Source: Phoronis australis
Lineage: Eukaryota > Animalia > Phoronida
Length of the DNA stretch: 64,000 nt
Direction: 5' to 3'
NCBI GenBank assembly: GCA_002633005.1
Contig: NMRA01000342.1
Coordinates: 334,056 to 398,055 of the forward strand
Under the pieces are notes generated by a model. It made no database searches and was not told where the DNA came from. It saw nothing but the letters and a program-made list of their open reading frames with translations. A program made the position numbers and the translations under genes. Below are positions 35,601 through 46,396 of the stretch, one piece after another (the first letter of the stretch is position 1; every line of letters starts with the position of its first letter).

Positions 35601-37770
35601 GGCGGATGGGTGCCATCTGCCAGGCGGGACGAGTGGATTCAGGTGGGTCTCATCTGATATTGTAAACGGATATAAGAGCGTTATTTTTACCCAGTGATAT
35701 TAAACAGATAATTGGCTTTCACTGAGGTATGGACTTTCACCAAAGTTAATACGCTGGTTTTAAAGACCACAAAATGTAATAATGACTTGAACTCCGCTTC
35801 TGTCATTGTCCGTTCTTGTTGTCTGAAAACCAACGTGTTACAAAAGCTAAATAATTCCTGTAAGGGGTCATGTTTCAATCGTATGTCGATCACTCGTTCG
35901 GTCAGTCAGCTACCATTTTTTATCCAAAATGTGAAGAGATTTTCGCCCGACTGGACAAAAGAACAATCTGTTATATTTTGGGGAAGAAGTCATGTTTTGG
36001 TGTCACACAAGGGTCGTTTTTAATGCAAAACATTCGACAAATATTATTTAGTTATATCAAAACAACCACGACAAGGTGCGTGTCAACAGAGGATGATGGG
36101 AAATGTGATGTCTTAAGCACACTTTAGCTCAGAATCTGGATGACTTAAATGGATTAAAAAACTCTTGAGTTCGGTGACGTGCTGATGGCGCAGTGGTAAA
36201 TTGGTGGCTTAGAAAAAAAAAGATCCCGGAATCGAATGACAATGAGATTTCCGTTACTTTAAAGGGTCACAAAAATGACTTCCACCTCACTGAGGAGCCA
36301 ATATGAAGTTATGAACGGTCATTACGGAAAATTAGAGTCTCCGATATATTGACCACTTGTGAAATTGTAACTTGGTAATCTATCTAAATTGTGAAAAAGA
36401 TTAATTTTGACTCATTGCTCTTACACCGAAGGAAACGCCAACTTTTGAATGGTGAGACTTTTCCATGCTCGTCCTTCTGTGGGGTTCTCCTGGTACAGTT
36501 GTACTTCCGCCACCCAAAATCGATTCCCAGCTCTATAAAAACCTGCATTCTGGCGTGTTGTATTAAGCACTGTGTATCTCCCATACCTCGAACAAGTACG
36601 TAACGTAGTAGGCGGACTTGGGAGTGGGCACAGGGACACGACCAAATAACGTCGCACGTCATTTTTGAAGTTTACGCGAGGCTATTTTCTTCTAGAACTG
36701 TAGTTCGCACCCCCCCCCTTACGACATCCTAGATGCAACAGTCCATTCGGCTTGGGTGTAGAAGCTCTAACTATCTAGCTAGCAGAATCTATGTAAAAAG
36801 TTTTGGACTTTCGTGACAAACTGTATTTTCAGGCTGATCTTGGATCTGTGAAAAATGTCAGTGGAATCATCACGCGTGGCCGAAACTACCACGGTCAGTG
36901 GGTACAAAAATATGCCCTGGAGTACAGCACTGATGGCTCGAAATGGTACAAAGGCAAAGAGTATTCAGGTAAGGTTATTTATAGGTGCGGTATTACAGTA
37001 ATGTCCCACCCCCAGGTGAGGTGATGCTTCGACTCTGCGTAAACAAATTTAAGGAATTATTTCGTTATTTATGCTAAATCGCTCATTATTTAACTATCCA
37101 ATGACGAGAGTTTTACTTAATCGCTGGATTTCAAGTACCTTAAATCAACAGAATCAATGTCCACCTTCTATTTCATCAGTTACGCCTGCAAACAAAATAT
37201 TGAAGTTCAAATTCCACGACCTGCTGCTAACCTAGCCAAATGACGTCGTATGGAGATCGCAGGGTATTGTAGTGTAATTTGCGAGATCCATGCGACGGGC
37301 GTAAGCGCGTGGCATGGTTATCATCTATAGGTCACTTCCATTGTTTTCCTTGGTTGCGTCTTTGCTGGACAATACAAGTCGCATGGATATCGTACCTTGG
37401 TCGCTCATCAGCCAGTTACCGATAAATACTTGCTATTGTCTTTAATATAAGAAAGAAAAACAAAGTGAACAATGGATACGCCTATCTATCGATATCTGTG
37501 CGACGAGCTTGCGACCTAGTTTCCTGTGGGTAAGTGTTATTACAACAAAAATAATTTGTGCGGCGATCGTCCGGTTTTTAAAAATAAAGAGAATCTGACA
37601 TATTTCTATTTTTTTCAGCGAACGGTAACCAGTATGATCCTAAAGAAAATACTTGGGATGATAAGACGTTCCAGGCGCGCTACGTCAAACTCCTGGTCAA
37701 AAATTGGCGCAGTCACATCGCCCTCCGCTGGGATCTGCTTGGACCGCAGCCACAGTGCCCGGGGAACTAA
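14451..37770 (+). CDS. Secreted kringle / C-type lectin / 6x FA58C (discoidin) multidomain protein, 24 coding exons, about 1274 aa
   Basis: Hand-spliced exons, all GT-AG with matching phases: 14451-14648, 16391-16541, 17301-17491, 18197-18287, 19119-19289, 19865-19981, 20279-20398, 21310-21530, 22390-22519, 24521-24673, 25487-25656, 26154-26442, 26763-26950, 27477-27619, 28025-28170, 29081-29241, 30881-31005, 31280-31452, 33122-33288, 34027-34206, 34705-34813, 35500-35642, 36833-36968, 37619-37770. Total 3825 nt ending in TAA. Signal peptide [16 protein letters not shown]; kringle NYCRNPD..PWCYT; CTLD QPD and WND; six FA58C repeats (W..IQ-[VA][DE][LF]..AT.G..AR[YF]..RW.[LI]Y..C). Confidence 0.9.
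16391..16541 (+). CDS. Exon: second half of kringle
   Basis: ctttcag acceptor, [44 protein letters not shown], gtaagt donor (phase 1). Confidence 0.92.
16690..17045 (+). mobile_element. Old LINE (L2/Crack-like) 3' remnant in an intron
   Basis: [17 protein letters not shown] resembles the WNxLP terminal RT-protein motif. Followed by an AT-rich UTR, gaggaccatgaggtggacaagc and aataaaaa. Confidence 0.5.
17301..17491 (+). CDS. Exon: predicted coiled-coil neck
   Basis: tacacag acceptor, [33 protein letters not shown] with heptad hydrophobic spacing, gtaagt donor (phase 0). Confidence 0.8.
18197..18287 (+). CDS. Exon: acidic linker
   Basis: ttgcag acceptor, [30 protein letters not shown], gtaagg donor. 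It bridges phase 0 to phase 1 as the flanking exons require. Not in the ORF track. Confidence 0.75.
19119..19289 (+). CDS. Exon: C-type lectin domain part 1
   Basis: [41 protein letters not shown]; ttgttag / gtacgt. Confidence 0.9.
19315..19700. repeat. Low-complexity (cat/cgt/tat)-rich intronic tract
   Basis: Degenerate trinucleotide runs. Confidence 0.7.
19865..19981 (+). CDS. Exon: C-type lectin domain part 2
   Basis: [16 protein letters not shown]...FSMWAS (WIGL-like motif); tttgcag / gttagt. Confidence 0.9.
20279..20398 (+). CDS. Exon: C-type lectin domain part 3 (QPD, WND)
   Basis: [36 protein letters not shown]; gtacag / gtaaca. Confidence 0.92.
21310..24673 (+). CDS. FA58C/discoidin domain 1 (exons 21310-21530, 22390-22519, 24521-24673)
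   Basis: GCARE...TASSSY...SRL...[15 protein letters not shown] | [16 protein letters not shown]...FSDDGKSW | [11 protein letters not shown]...[12 protein letters not shown]...RWQLYGPEC. Confidence 0.9.
23600..23880 (-). mobile_element. Terminal fragment of the same family as the 41040-42485 element
   Basis: Reverse complement shares ttgtcag.ctcatagg, g(g)atccgtcc.aaag and the subterminal hairpin tgcgcccacata..tatgtgggtgca. Confidence 0.6.
24288..24426. mobile_element. MITE, copy 1 (TIR cgttcagtaacgctaggacct)
   Basis: 21-bp imperfect TIRs at 24295-24315 and 24401-24421; clearly similar to 28761-28916. Confidence 0.8.
25487..26442 (+). CDS. FA58C/discoidin domain 2 (exons 25487-25656, 26154-26442)
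   Basis: CVGKRL...KASS...[15 protein letters not shown] | [17 protein letters not shown]...PPIKARYV...[11 protein letters not shown]. Confidence 0.92.
26763..28170 (+). CDS. FA58C/discoidin domain 3 (exons 26763-26950, 27477-27619, 28025-28170)
   Basis: CDKP...SASS...[14 protein letters not shown]...QYIQ | [17 protein letters not shown]...SMDGMNW | FDGN...[12 protein letters not shown]...[10 protein letters not shown]. Confidence 0.9.
28761..28916. mobile_element. MITE, copy 2 (TAG...CTA ends)
   Basis: tagcctcccgttcagtaacgctaggacct ... aggtcctagcttctactgaacgcacgcta. Confidence 0.8.
29081..31452 (+). CDS. FA58C/discoidin domain 4 (exons 29081-29241, 30881-31005, 31280-31452)
   Basis: CAEP...ITASS...[14 protein letters not shown] | [17 protein letters not shown]...YSQDG | FWAN...[10 protein letters not shown]...[11 protein letters not shown]. 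Confidence 0.9.
29302..30696 (+). mobile_element. 5'-truncated non-LTR retrotransposon (CR1/L2/Crack-like group) in an intron, with poly(A) tail and target-site duplication
   Basis: ORF 29322-30149 is an RT C-terminus ([37 protein letters not shown]). After one in-frame TAA it continues into CSCG..HVFFAC. AATAAA plus A9 tail; TSD aaatatcctgcga (29289-29301) / aaatatcctgtga (30697-30709). Confidence 0.9.
31815..32565. repeat. ~376-bp direct duplication around an N at 32189; each copy has five units of a 19-bp repeat (tagtagagtacctcgagta)
   Basis: 31815-32188 and 32191-32565 are near identical, with a few substitutions. Confidence 0.95.
33122..34813 (+). CDS. FA58C/discoidin domain 5 (exons 33122-33288, 34027-34206, 34705-34813)
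   Basis: CYGS...SWW...YYIQ | [15 protein letters not shown]...YSEDNKSW...FKGN | PVTARYLRL...[12 protein letters not shown]. Confidence 0.9.
35500..37770 (+). CDS. FA58C/discoidin domain 6 and stop (exons 35500-35642, 36833-36968, 37619-37770)
   Basis: CSRP...TRL...[14 protein letters not shown] | [17 protein letters not shown]...QWV...YSTDGSKW | FQARYVKL...[17 protein letters not shown]-stop. Confidence 0.9.
36180..36250 (+). mobile_element. Possible decayed tRNA-derived SINE head
   Basis: A-box TGGCGCAGTGG and a degenerate B-box ggaatcgaatg at suitable spacing; no cloverleaf. Confidence 0.35.
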
Positions 37771-37843
37771 ATGTCGATGACGTCACTGCTACTCATTTGC
37801 CTACTTCTGACTATGGCTTTGAACGCGACATAGATGCACGTTA

Positions 37844-37993
37844 GGGGCCGGTTTCGCAACGTCAGATTCTCGCGACTAGAAGTTAGCAAACTGTACTATC
37901 GCTCGCTTCGCTTGTAACTGCATGGCGACATCTCGTGAAGACTTGCGAGATCTCGCCAAACTGATACAGAACTGACCTTGCAGAACGCACCCC
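37844..37993. mobile_element. MITE-like inverted-repeat element in the lectin 3' UTR
   Basis: ggggccggtttcgcaacgtcag versus reverse complement of the right end, ggggtgcgttctgcaaggtcag. Confidence 0.55.
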
Positions 37994-38527
37994 TATTTGA
38001 CGATATTTTCTCGCTATCTTACAATAGTTGTCATTAGTAAGGAAGAATTCTTGATTCATCTCCATTTTTCGTAGTTGCACTTAAACAGGTCCGAGTGGGG
38101 TCATATAATAGTCAGAAGCATGCAAATGTGCACGGAATACGATACATGGGAACGATTATCGGACAATATCAACAAGTCTCCATTGGGAATATTTTGAAAG
38201 CATGGCGTCCTGAAACGAGGTTACAGACGTATTTGCTAATTTAATTGGTTTTCCTAGTTAGATCATAGCCTATATGCTAATTTCATTGCTTTAAATACAT
38301 CATTGCTTAATTTTATGTCAGCAATTGCTTTCGCTTTCGTAACCTTGTTCTAGTTGAAAGAATGTGATAAGATAAGTATCTTTAGCTTTATCGGTACGTT
38401 CCTTAACGCTCTACTAGAATGCGTGTTTTTCTGCTTGAAACACCTGGAAAGAGCATACCTAGCACGCTGTAGCTTGTTTGTCTAGGGTTTCCTGAGGAGT
38501 AATGCGTACTATATTCCACTCTTGGTT

Positions 38528-38533
38528 AATAAA
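38528..38533 (+). terminator. Candidate polyadenylation signal of the lectin gene
   Basis: AATAAA about 760 nt after the stop codon, followed by T-rich sequence. Confidence 0.45.
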
Positions 38534-41039
38534 CTTTTATTTCAATGCACAAATACGCACAAGTTTTATTCCTTTGAAACTCGATACTATACATTGCATA
38601 GTTCTACGCTTTTAGTTTCTGAAAAACAAACCGTTAAATATTCATGACGCCAGTACAAGAAATCTTCAGTAACTTTGCGTTTGGCGGAAAAATATATAAG
38701 TAAATAAAACATCCAGAATGGATCCATTCTTGTTGTTTTATTTACATATACATATTCTACATTTCGTGAAACAATAGTATCCTTGAGAGGATGTGGATCG
38801 CCTTATTTAGTTTCCGATTTATTTTCTGCGAAAAAATAGAATTTTACTTTGTGACAGTTCTCAACAAAATTAAGCATCAGAAATATGAACTTTAAAAGGA
38901 GCATCGTGAACACACTATCTTGAAACAGAACATGACTCAAAACGGTTGTTTGTAGTAATTTACTACTTGCACACTTGGCGGCGCTGCGAAAATCATTGTG
39001 CATTGTTGTTTAGGACACAACGCATCGTGTTAGCATCAATTGTAACATCGCAAACGTGATGGTGCACTTGTTCCAAACATACAGAACGATTGTATATGTA
39101 GTTTGAACACAACAACTCGTTTTCAAGCAAAATGGAAAATTCATGCAAGTAATTAACGCAGCTAACCATTGTAAAATTGAAAATCGAACAATGCAGTTTT
39201 GCATATTGATTACATGTATGTGCGTAATTACTAAAACATCATATCTGAGCCGGGGAAACACGAGTTGAGATATTCGCCTACCCACACATTTCTCAGCCAT
39301 ATAGCAGATAAAAACTAAACGACAGTGATGTCGTCAAGAATACTGATATTGCCAAATGAAAACAGAGATCAAACTAGTCTAGGCGTCACTACACTCCTTC
39401 ACTGCGCCACCTGTGGAACAGTGATAATGTGCACCGACGATTCTTTGACATTCTGTGCGTGGGCATCAGAGCTCATGCCCTAGCGTGGACTTTTTCGTAA
39501 ACAAATAATGCGAGCTGGAAAAGTATACGGAATCGTTTCTTTGCTTAAGAAGCGTGCCTTGTTTTCTTCAACGAGTCTCAGAAAACGTACCAGTGTGAAA
39601 TACATCGACTTGTTGTGGCGATAGCCACAGATCACAGAGGCATTTCTCAAATTATACAACAAGTGAGAGTATATGTATGTCTTAATCTTATCTTCTAACC
39701 AATCGGAATGTCTAAACATTTATTTGTTCTTTAAAATGACGCTAAACCCTGTTTGGATGATTTCAGTCAATCCTCCTATCACCTGCTAATTCATCGTTGG
39801 CGCCATTCCTACAAGGAAAGAGGCATAGAACGCAAAAGCTCGTCAAAATATCGTTTAAACAGTTTCGAACGAAAGTACCATCTCGCAACGTCTAGTATAG
39901 TGTAATTTACTTTTCTTGTGAGGACATTTCCAATAAAATCACAAAATTCACGATTATTGAAATAAGCGCGAAGGAAAAACTCTGTGGTCACCACATAGTT
40001 TCTAATCTCTGTCACAGTCAGTTTATTGAGGTCGCTTGAGGTGAAAAGTTACATTTTTCACATAAGGGAAATGTGCTACGTCTATGTCTTGCCATAACAA
40101 ATAAGGAGACATGCTTTGCCTTGTGGGAGGAAAACGATGAAGTAATGAGCAGTTGACAGATTGATTTTTGAAATTTGAAAATTTGAATCTAAAAGAAAAT
40201 GCTTTGATGTCAACAGAAATTAAAAATGTTTACGAAAAAACCGTAAAATACTAAGGTTGAATTTTGTTTCAGTGAGAGAAACACGTTCAATATTGCAATT
40301 TAGTATGTTTATCGCATTCCAGGCGTCTTTATGGACAGGAATCAACTAAAAACTCCTTATGCCACAGATTGGGCATTATGGTCCTTTGTGGGTGTTTTTC
40401 TCCTACAGTTACCGTGTATTTCACTAAAAGCGTAGGTGGCGCTTGCACTTTCAGCAGATTTTCACAAACTGAAAGTAGTTAATCTGCTCAGCACATAGTT
40501 TACGACTTACCCTCATGATGAGATTGTAAACTCGTGAGAAAATGATCTGGAATATCTCAGATATTTATCTGGGAGAAATTGTCGCGATTTTTCAGTTATG
40601 AACACATCAGATTAGATGCATAGTAAACGATAACTCGCGTCTGTTTGCTCGTCGCATGCAGAACTCTCAAGCAGCCAGCAATTCTTATGGCGCAGATGCG
40701 CGCACAATTGGCGCATTCAACTAAAAATGTGTATACCAAAACAAGAACAACGCGAAGCCCTGAAATGCGCCATGCTGAGCCGCAAGCAGCATTCTTATAG
40801 GGATGTTTATTAGTATCAGAATTGGTCACTAGTTGGTACAGAATATGTCCAACACATAATAAAACCCTATTTGTCAATTTTCATAAATATCGGTCCAGGA
40901 ACACTGAATACACATATGAAAACGTAAAAAAGAATTAGCACTATCGGTACAGCGTTTGTCGCATCCGTATGAAAGAAGTACTGTTGTCATTTGTAGCCAC
41001 ATTCATAGGAATCCATTTCACAAAGATCATGCAAGGGAT

Positions 41040-42485
41040 TCAAGAGTTAAAGTCGGCAATGCACTAACAAAGTTGCCACAAGAGGGCGCCACAGCAAAAG
41101 AAACTGAAAATCAATGCCAGTCGTCGTTTCGTCAGTAGAATAACATCTGCAAATTTCTTTAGGGATACTTTAGGCAGTTAGGCGGCAGAGACACTGACAT
41201 CAAAAACAGACCCGAAAATAGCAAAAATAGCCATTAGGCGAAGCAGAATACGTCTTATACGTCCGAAAACCGAAATGTGTTATCGTCCTCTTAATAGAAA
41301 CCCGATTGCCAAATTTCATGAAAGTGTGTCAATGAACTCTGAAGATACAAAGGTAGATGTGTAAAGGGAGGAAACTGCCAATAACACATCGGTGGTAAGA
41401 TCCGTCCGAAAGACGTCATCATCTGTTACCACATTCATAAAAAACGCTTGCCAAATTTCTCAAAGATCCTATAAGGGGTTAAAAAAACACAGCTGCGGGC
41501 ACAGAAACAAGACTGCCACCAGGGTGTGCCACAGTAGTCGGACCCTTGCGAAAATCTAGATGATCTGTCGTATTCTCTACAGGAATACATTATTATCATC
41601 CTTAGAGATGGTTAATAGATAGATCACAGGACGCCAAAACAGCGGGCTCGTAAATGATAAATAAATGGCCACTAGATAGCGCAGAATACGCCAAATTCAA
41701 TAAAAAGGACAATAAGTTCTCATCTCCTTGATAGAAATACGTTTGTTAAATTCCATGAAAATTTATCAAGGAACCCTGGAGTAACAGAGGTAAACAAAAA
41801 ACTAAAATTGCCACTAGAGGGTAGAGTGGTTGTTGAATCCGTTCAAAAGAACCCATCGGTCGTTCTTTGCCACACCTGTACTAAAATATTTGCCCACGTT
41901 CACAAAAATCCTGCATGAGGTTAAGCAGATAAAGCCACGGGCTCAAAAACATTGTCACTAGGCGACACCACAGTAGTAAATGAAGGGCAGCCGTGATCTT
42001 TTCGGCAGGAAAACATTTTTCAATTTTCATAATGATCCTTAACACTTATTGACTAATAGAGTAGCGTTAGCAAAAAACGGACTCAGAAATAAAAACAAAT
42101 CCCAATAGGTGGCGCTAAACACGTCATATTTTTCCAAAAATAGGAATGCGTCATCGTCTTCATAATGGAGACATATTTACCAAATGCCAAAAACCCCTGA
42201 GGACCTCCAATGATTCAGAGGTAAATGCAAAAAAGAACTAAATTGTCGCTAGGTGGTACACCAGTAGTCGGATCGGTTCGAAACCCATTGCATTGTTTTG
42301 TCAGCCTCATAGGTACACATCTGCTAAATCTCCATCAGACCGCACAAGGAGTGTAGGAGATATAGCAGCCTACGCCGGGCGCCTGAGCGGCGAACACCAG
42401 GAGGTCGAAACGCCGAACGCTCAATCACAGATGATGGGAATGTACACTCACATATGGGCATCGTGTATGTAGGCACTTAATAAAA
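41040..42485 (+). mobile_element. Non-autonomous element with about nine ~146-bp internal tandem monomers (3 x ~437-bp trimer) and a subterminal hairpin; Helitron/Helentron(HINE)-like organisation
   Basis: Recurring ccaaatttcatgaaa, gagatatag and cca.tag motifs at about 146-bp spacing. Imperfect hairpin near 42440-42478 followed by an A-rich end. Related end at 23600-23880. Confidence 0.65.
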
Positions 42486-42510
42486 CAACGTGGATTTAAA
42501 GAAAATATAC

Positions 42511-42516
42511 TTTATT
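42511..42516 (-). terminator. Candidate polyadenylation signal of the K2P gene (would give a 3' UTR of about 3.4 kb)
   Basis: AATAAA on the minus strand followed by T-rich sequence. Another AATAAA at 44980-44985 is equally possible. Confidence 0.25.
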
Positions 42517-45500
42517 CCACTCCGTGTAGAATACGATATGCAATAAGAAACGCACTTTAATAGTGTACTGTACATGCTTGCAAGGTATTTAAAGTTTAAA
42601 ACGGTGACGACACAGCTGCATAATCAAATCTTTCAATACATGATTAAACTGGAGACGAAGTGTAGTAAATTTAAACATTGAAATTCATAGCGAAATACAG
42701 AAATCTCCATTATACACGTAATGTTAAAATGTTCTCAACCTGACCAACTACCAGCAGAAAACAGGAATCGAGTAAATTGAGAGTTAGTTGAGAATGAACT
42801 CGGATATTAAAGAAACACGTCGAAAATAACGCTAAAGCTTGAAACGATTTGACACGAATTATTATACGAATATCGACAAAGAATTCAGTGTACACTGCAA
42901 ACGCATATTAAAAAATCAATAATTGAATTCATTTCAGAAAATATGCACTCAATGTTTGCACTTACATTAGCAGATCAGAGTATCCATAGTTTCATGTAAT
43001 GTAACGAATCTAAAGGTGAACGCAGTTTTGCATGACACATGTATGTATAGCCCGGTGGCGGATTTGAAAAGAGTCGATGGATATTTCTGTTTGTGTATGA
43101 TAAAAAAGCGCGACTATTAGCGTTATATCCAATAAGAGCCTTTGATTAAAATAGTACCACTCATGTGATCATTCGGCATTGCATCGTAACTGGTAGTTGC
43201 GTTTACACGGCGAATTTCACCCGAATAAAGCAGACGTGTAACACTCTACCCAGTATTTTCACTATGGAACAAATTGATTTCAGACTGCGTTCGAGGTGTC
43301 AAGTTGCATACCAGCAACTAGAATTTTTACTTGCATTACTGTTCTGGATTCTCTGTTTCAGTGCATTTTTATGAACACGTTTGTTAATTTCCTTATTCTG
43401 AAACCACGTGACTACTGCTCTAACTAAAAGCAGTGTGGTCCAAATTAAGATTCACTGCCTGTTTTCAAAACAGCAAACAAGTCTGTGACCAATTTTATCC
43501 AAAGCTATACTCCCTGTCTGTCTTAGTAACTACTGTCGTAACTTCTGATATTTGCTGGTACGCAAAACACAAAGAGCGGTTACGGAAGGGGTTGTTAATT
43601 GTGAATACAAGCAACGGCGGAGTTCAGGTCAGCTGCAGCAATATTATCTTCATAGAAAACGCAGCGTCCATTTGCAATAGCTCGGATAACAACGGGCGTG
43701 CGACCGTTTAGGAAACGACCCATGGGGCGCATCTAAAAACTGAAAGACAACGAAACCACGCAGACTTGCGAAGGTCGATGGTCGTGTCCATACTGGCAGC
43801 GGAGCAGAAAGTTGTATCACAGGGTACTTATAAAATATACTGTAAAACCTAGTGGTCACTCAGATATTATATGTTGGCGTCAAACAGCTTGAAGCAGCGC
43901 GTTGGTTGTGTGAAGAGAAATTGTTTACTGGTTTCAACAGTAACACCCCCTATCTTCATTCATCATACAGAGTTGAACTTTAATAAAATACTTTGATAAC
44001 TTCCGAACACAATCTTATCACAGATTATCGACTATTTACACCTTTCGGAAACGAAACGCAGCACAGTAAGACATGTTAATAAAAACAATTAAATAACGCT
44101 AAAATTCCCATAAGAGGGCACTGTATGCAGGTAAAGTTGGTTTTGGGGAAACGATGTCCTGTGGTTACCGACGAGAAAATGTTGCTGAAACTATCTTACA
44201 AAAACTCGCGCATGTTATTTGCGTCAATGCTGAAAAAGCTCGAACATTCTTGGACATTGACTCTATCCAAACAAGGAGCCGGTAGATTGTTTTTAAAGTA
44301 TAAATGTTACAGCTCAATTTTAAACCGCAAAGTATACTGTGACTGGTCACAACTGAGACAGTATTGAAATGTAAATTGCGAACGTGTGTAATTCCTGAAC
44401 CAACCTCTTGCAATTCCGGTTTACGGTGTTGCTACGAAACTGAGACACACTTACGACAGTCAGGCAAGGGCTTGTAGTAATTCAAATGCTGTTGCTTAGA
44501 AACGCTTATTCACTTTTTATGCAGTGAAGAATATCATTGGCTTCCATAGGCTTACATGCCAAAATGTTAAATAGTGATTTTGCCATTTCGGTTATCCAAG
44601 GATAACAAGCAACTCGGTGACTGTAACAGAGTTATACACGCAAGGCATAGTTACTTACACAAGGCACATTGGTTTGATATCGACCGTGTCAGATAAATGA
44701 CAGGCATACACTTAATCTGTTGGTGCTCGCTTAATGTCAGAGAAAATAGTTGTTGACCTTAGGTGCATGGTGCTTCTATGATAATTTATCGTACACATCG
44801 ATAGTTTCAGTTACGTGGAATTACCAAACCGCAACTTTTAACTCCAGCTTCATCCCTCCTAATACAGGAGGCGCTACTGGGAATCACTGATGTGATATGA
44901 TTACTGACACGAAACGTAGGAACTCTTTGTCTCGATTTGTTCTTCAGGCAAAATCTACTAAAGCCTAGGGAATACGTCGTTTATTCGTGGGCAGACATTC
45001 TAGAAGCCACCGCGAATGGTTACGGGGAATTGATGAGGTCAGGCGACATTGGGAAAACGGGACACTTTCGTTGCTCGTGAATATTTTTTCGTGTTTTAAG
45101 TATAATCTTTGGTTAGCTAAAGGGAATACTCGACAAAACACGATGGATATAACACGTGACCAACACATCTCGCCCAAGTTTTCAAATCCAACAACCTCGA
45201 AAGAACGCGTCTTTAAACAGAATTTGTCACGTACTTTCACTTTTCTTTTCACGGGGTAACTGGACGACGATTACCAGCTGGTGTAGGGTTATATCGCGAT
45301 ACATTATGAAACGGAAGTCTAGTCGGGCTTCGATCGATTTCTAAATGAAATCGAGCTCTTGATTAATGTTTAACGAATCTACTCTCAAATCTAGTCCTAG
45401 TATCGACACTTGATACTTTCATCGTGTGATGGCTTTGCATTGACAGTAGCTGTACAGTCAGCAGAGAGTAGACCCGGCGTTCGTGAGAGTCGGTTTTGTG

Positions 45501-45916
45501 CAATTTGTTGTACTCTTATAAAATTATCATGCAAAAATTAACCGTTCTGTCAAAAAGACTCGCACGAAAGGACGTAGACTGCATTGCAATAGATTTCGGT
45601 GATCCATCTTATGTTGTTATCCCGTTATTATCCCATTTACCAAGCCTGTCTCCGTGTCTGCCTGTTGTGGTGGAACTAATATTCAATACATCCCAGCTAT
45701 TTAATCCTTACTTTTGAGGGAGTGGCAAGTTTTGGAGATTCGCTTAGTCAACCAAATCTAGGGAAACTGTGCTGTGTTTGGGTTGGTAGCAAACCACAGA
45801 GAAATTACGAGTCTTTACATACGAAAAAAAACAAATGATGACATCGCGCTTGTTAGGTCTACATGTCTCTTCAATGCATGTATCATCCCTCTTGCTCCTC
45901 TATGTCACCATGGTTA

Positions 45917-46396
45917 CTACTTATGCGAAACAACGTCAGCTTCCGCAGCTTTCCTTGACGCTCTGGACTCTGTACCGCCAGTTTTGGCTTGCTCTTCATG
46001 ATTGTCTTCGTCTTCCTCATCGTCGTCTTCTTCTTCGTCCTTCTTGATCAGGCCGACCTTCTCACCAATCCATTTGAACTTGGCCACCACTTCATCTTGC
46101 ATGAGTGTGAAGCACATAGAGAGAAGAGCCATGCCAACCAATAAGTAAAGGATGCTAAACATCATGGCAAGAACAGAGCCCGCGTTCTCCACGTCTGTCC
46201 CTGGCACAAAGTCTCCGAATCCGATGGTGGAGAGGGTGATGAACGAGAAGTAAGTGGCGTCGAGAAAGTCGAGGCCGTCAGTTTCGGAAAAGAGAACAGA
46301 GCCAAGGAAGATGAAGAGTAGCAACACCATCATAGTGATGGTCAGCGGCACCGTGATTTCGTCGTCGTCTTCTTCCTCGTCTTCCTCGTCGTCGTC
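45917..46396 (-). CDS. K2P exon 4 (M3, P2, M4, C-terminus)
   Basis: tgatag acceptor, DDDEEDEEEDDDEITVPLTI...STIGFGDFVPG...stop at 45917. Confidence 0.93.
   Translation of the reverse strand, partial: DDDEEDEEEDDDEITVPLTITMMVLLLFIFLGSVLFSETDGLDFLDATYFSFITLSTIGFGDFVPGTDVENAGSVLAMMFSILYLLVGMALLSMCFTLMQDEVVAKFKWIGEKVGLIKKDEEEDDDEEDEDNHEEQAKTGGTESRASRKAAEADVVSHK

Noticed and set aside
36180-36250. tRNA gene
   Set aside because: Only the A-box is good; the B-box is degenerate and no cloverleaf forms.
21310-37770. Calling the gene lactadherin/EDIL3, neuropilin, hemocytin or factor V/VIII
   Set aside because: No EGF, CUB, MAM, VWD or cupredoxin domains; only the FA58C module is shared.
38800-45900. 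Many 60-95 aa ORFs between the two genes
   Set aside because: Random-length ORFs with non-ATG starts in UTR or repeat sequence and no coding signature.
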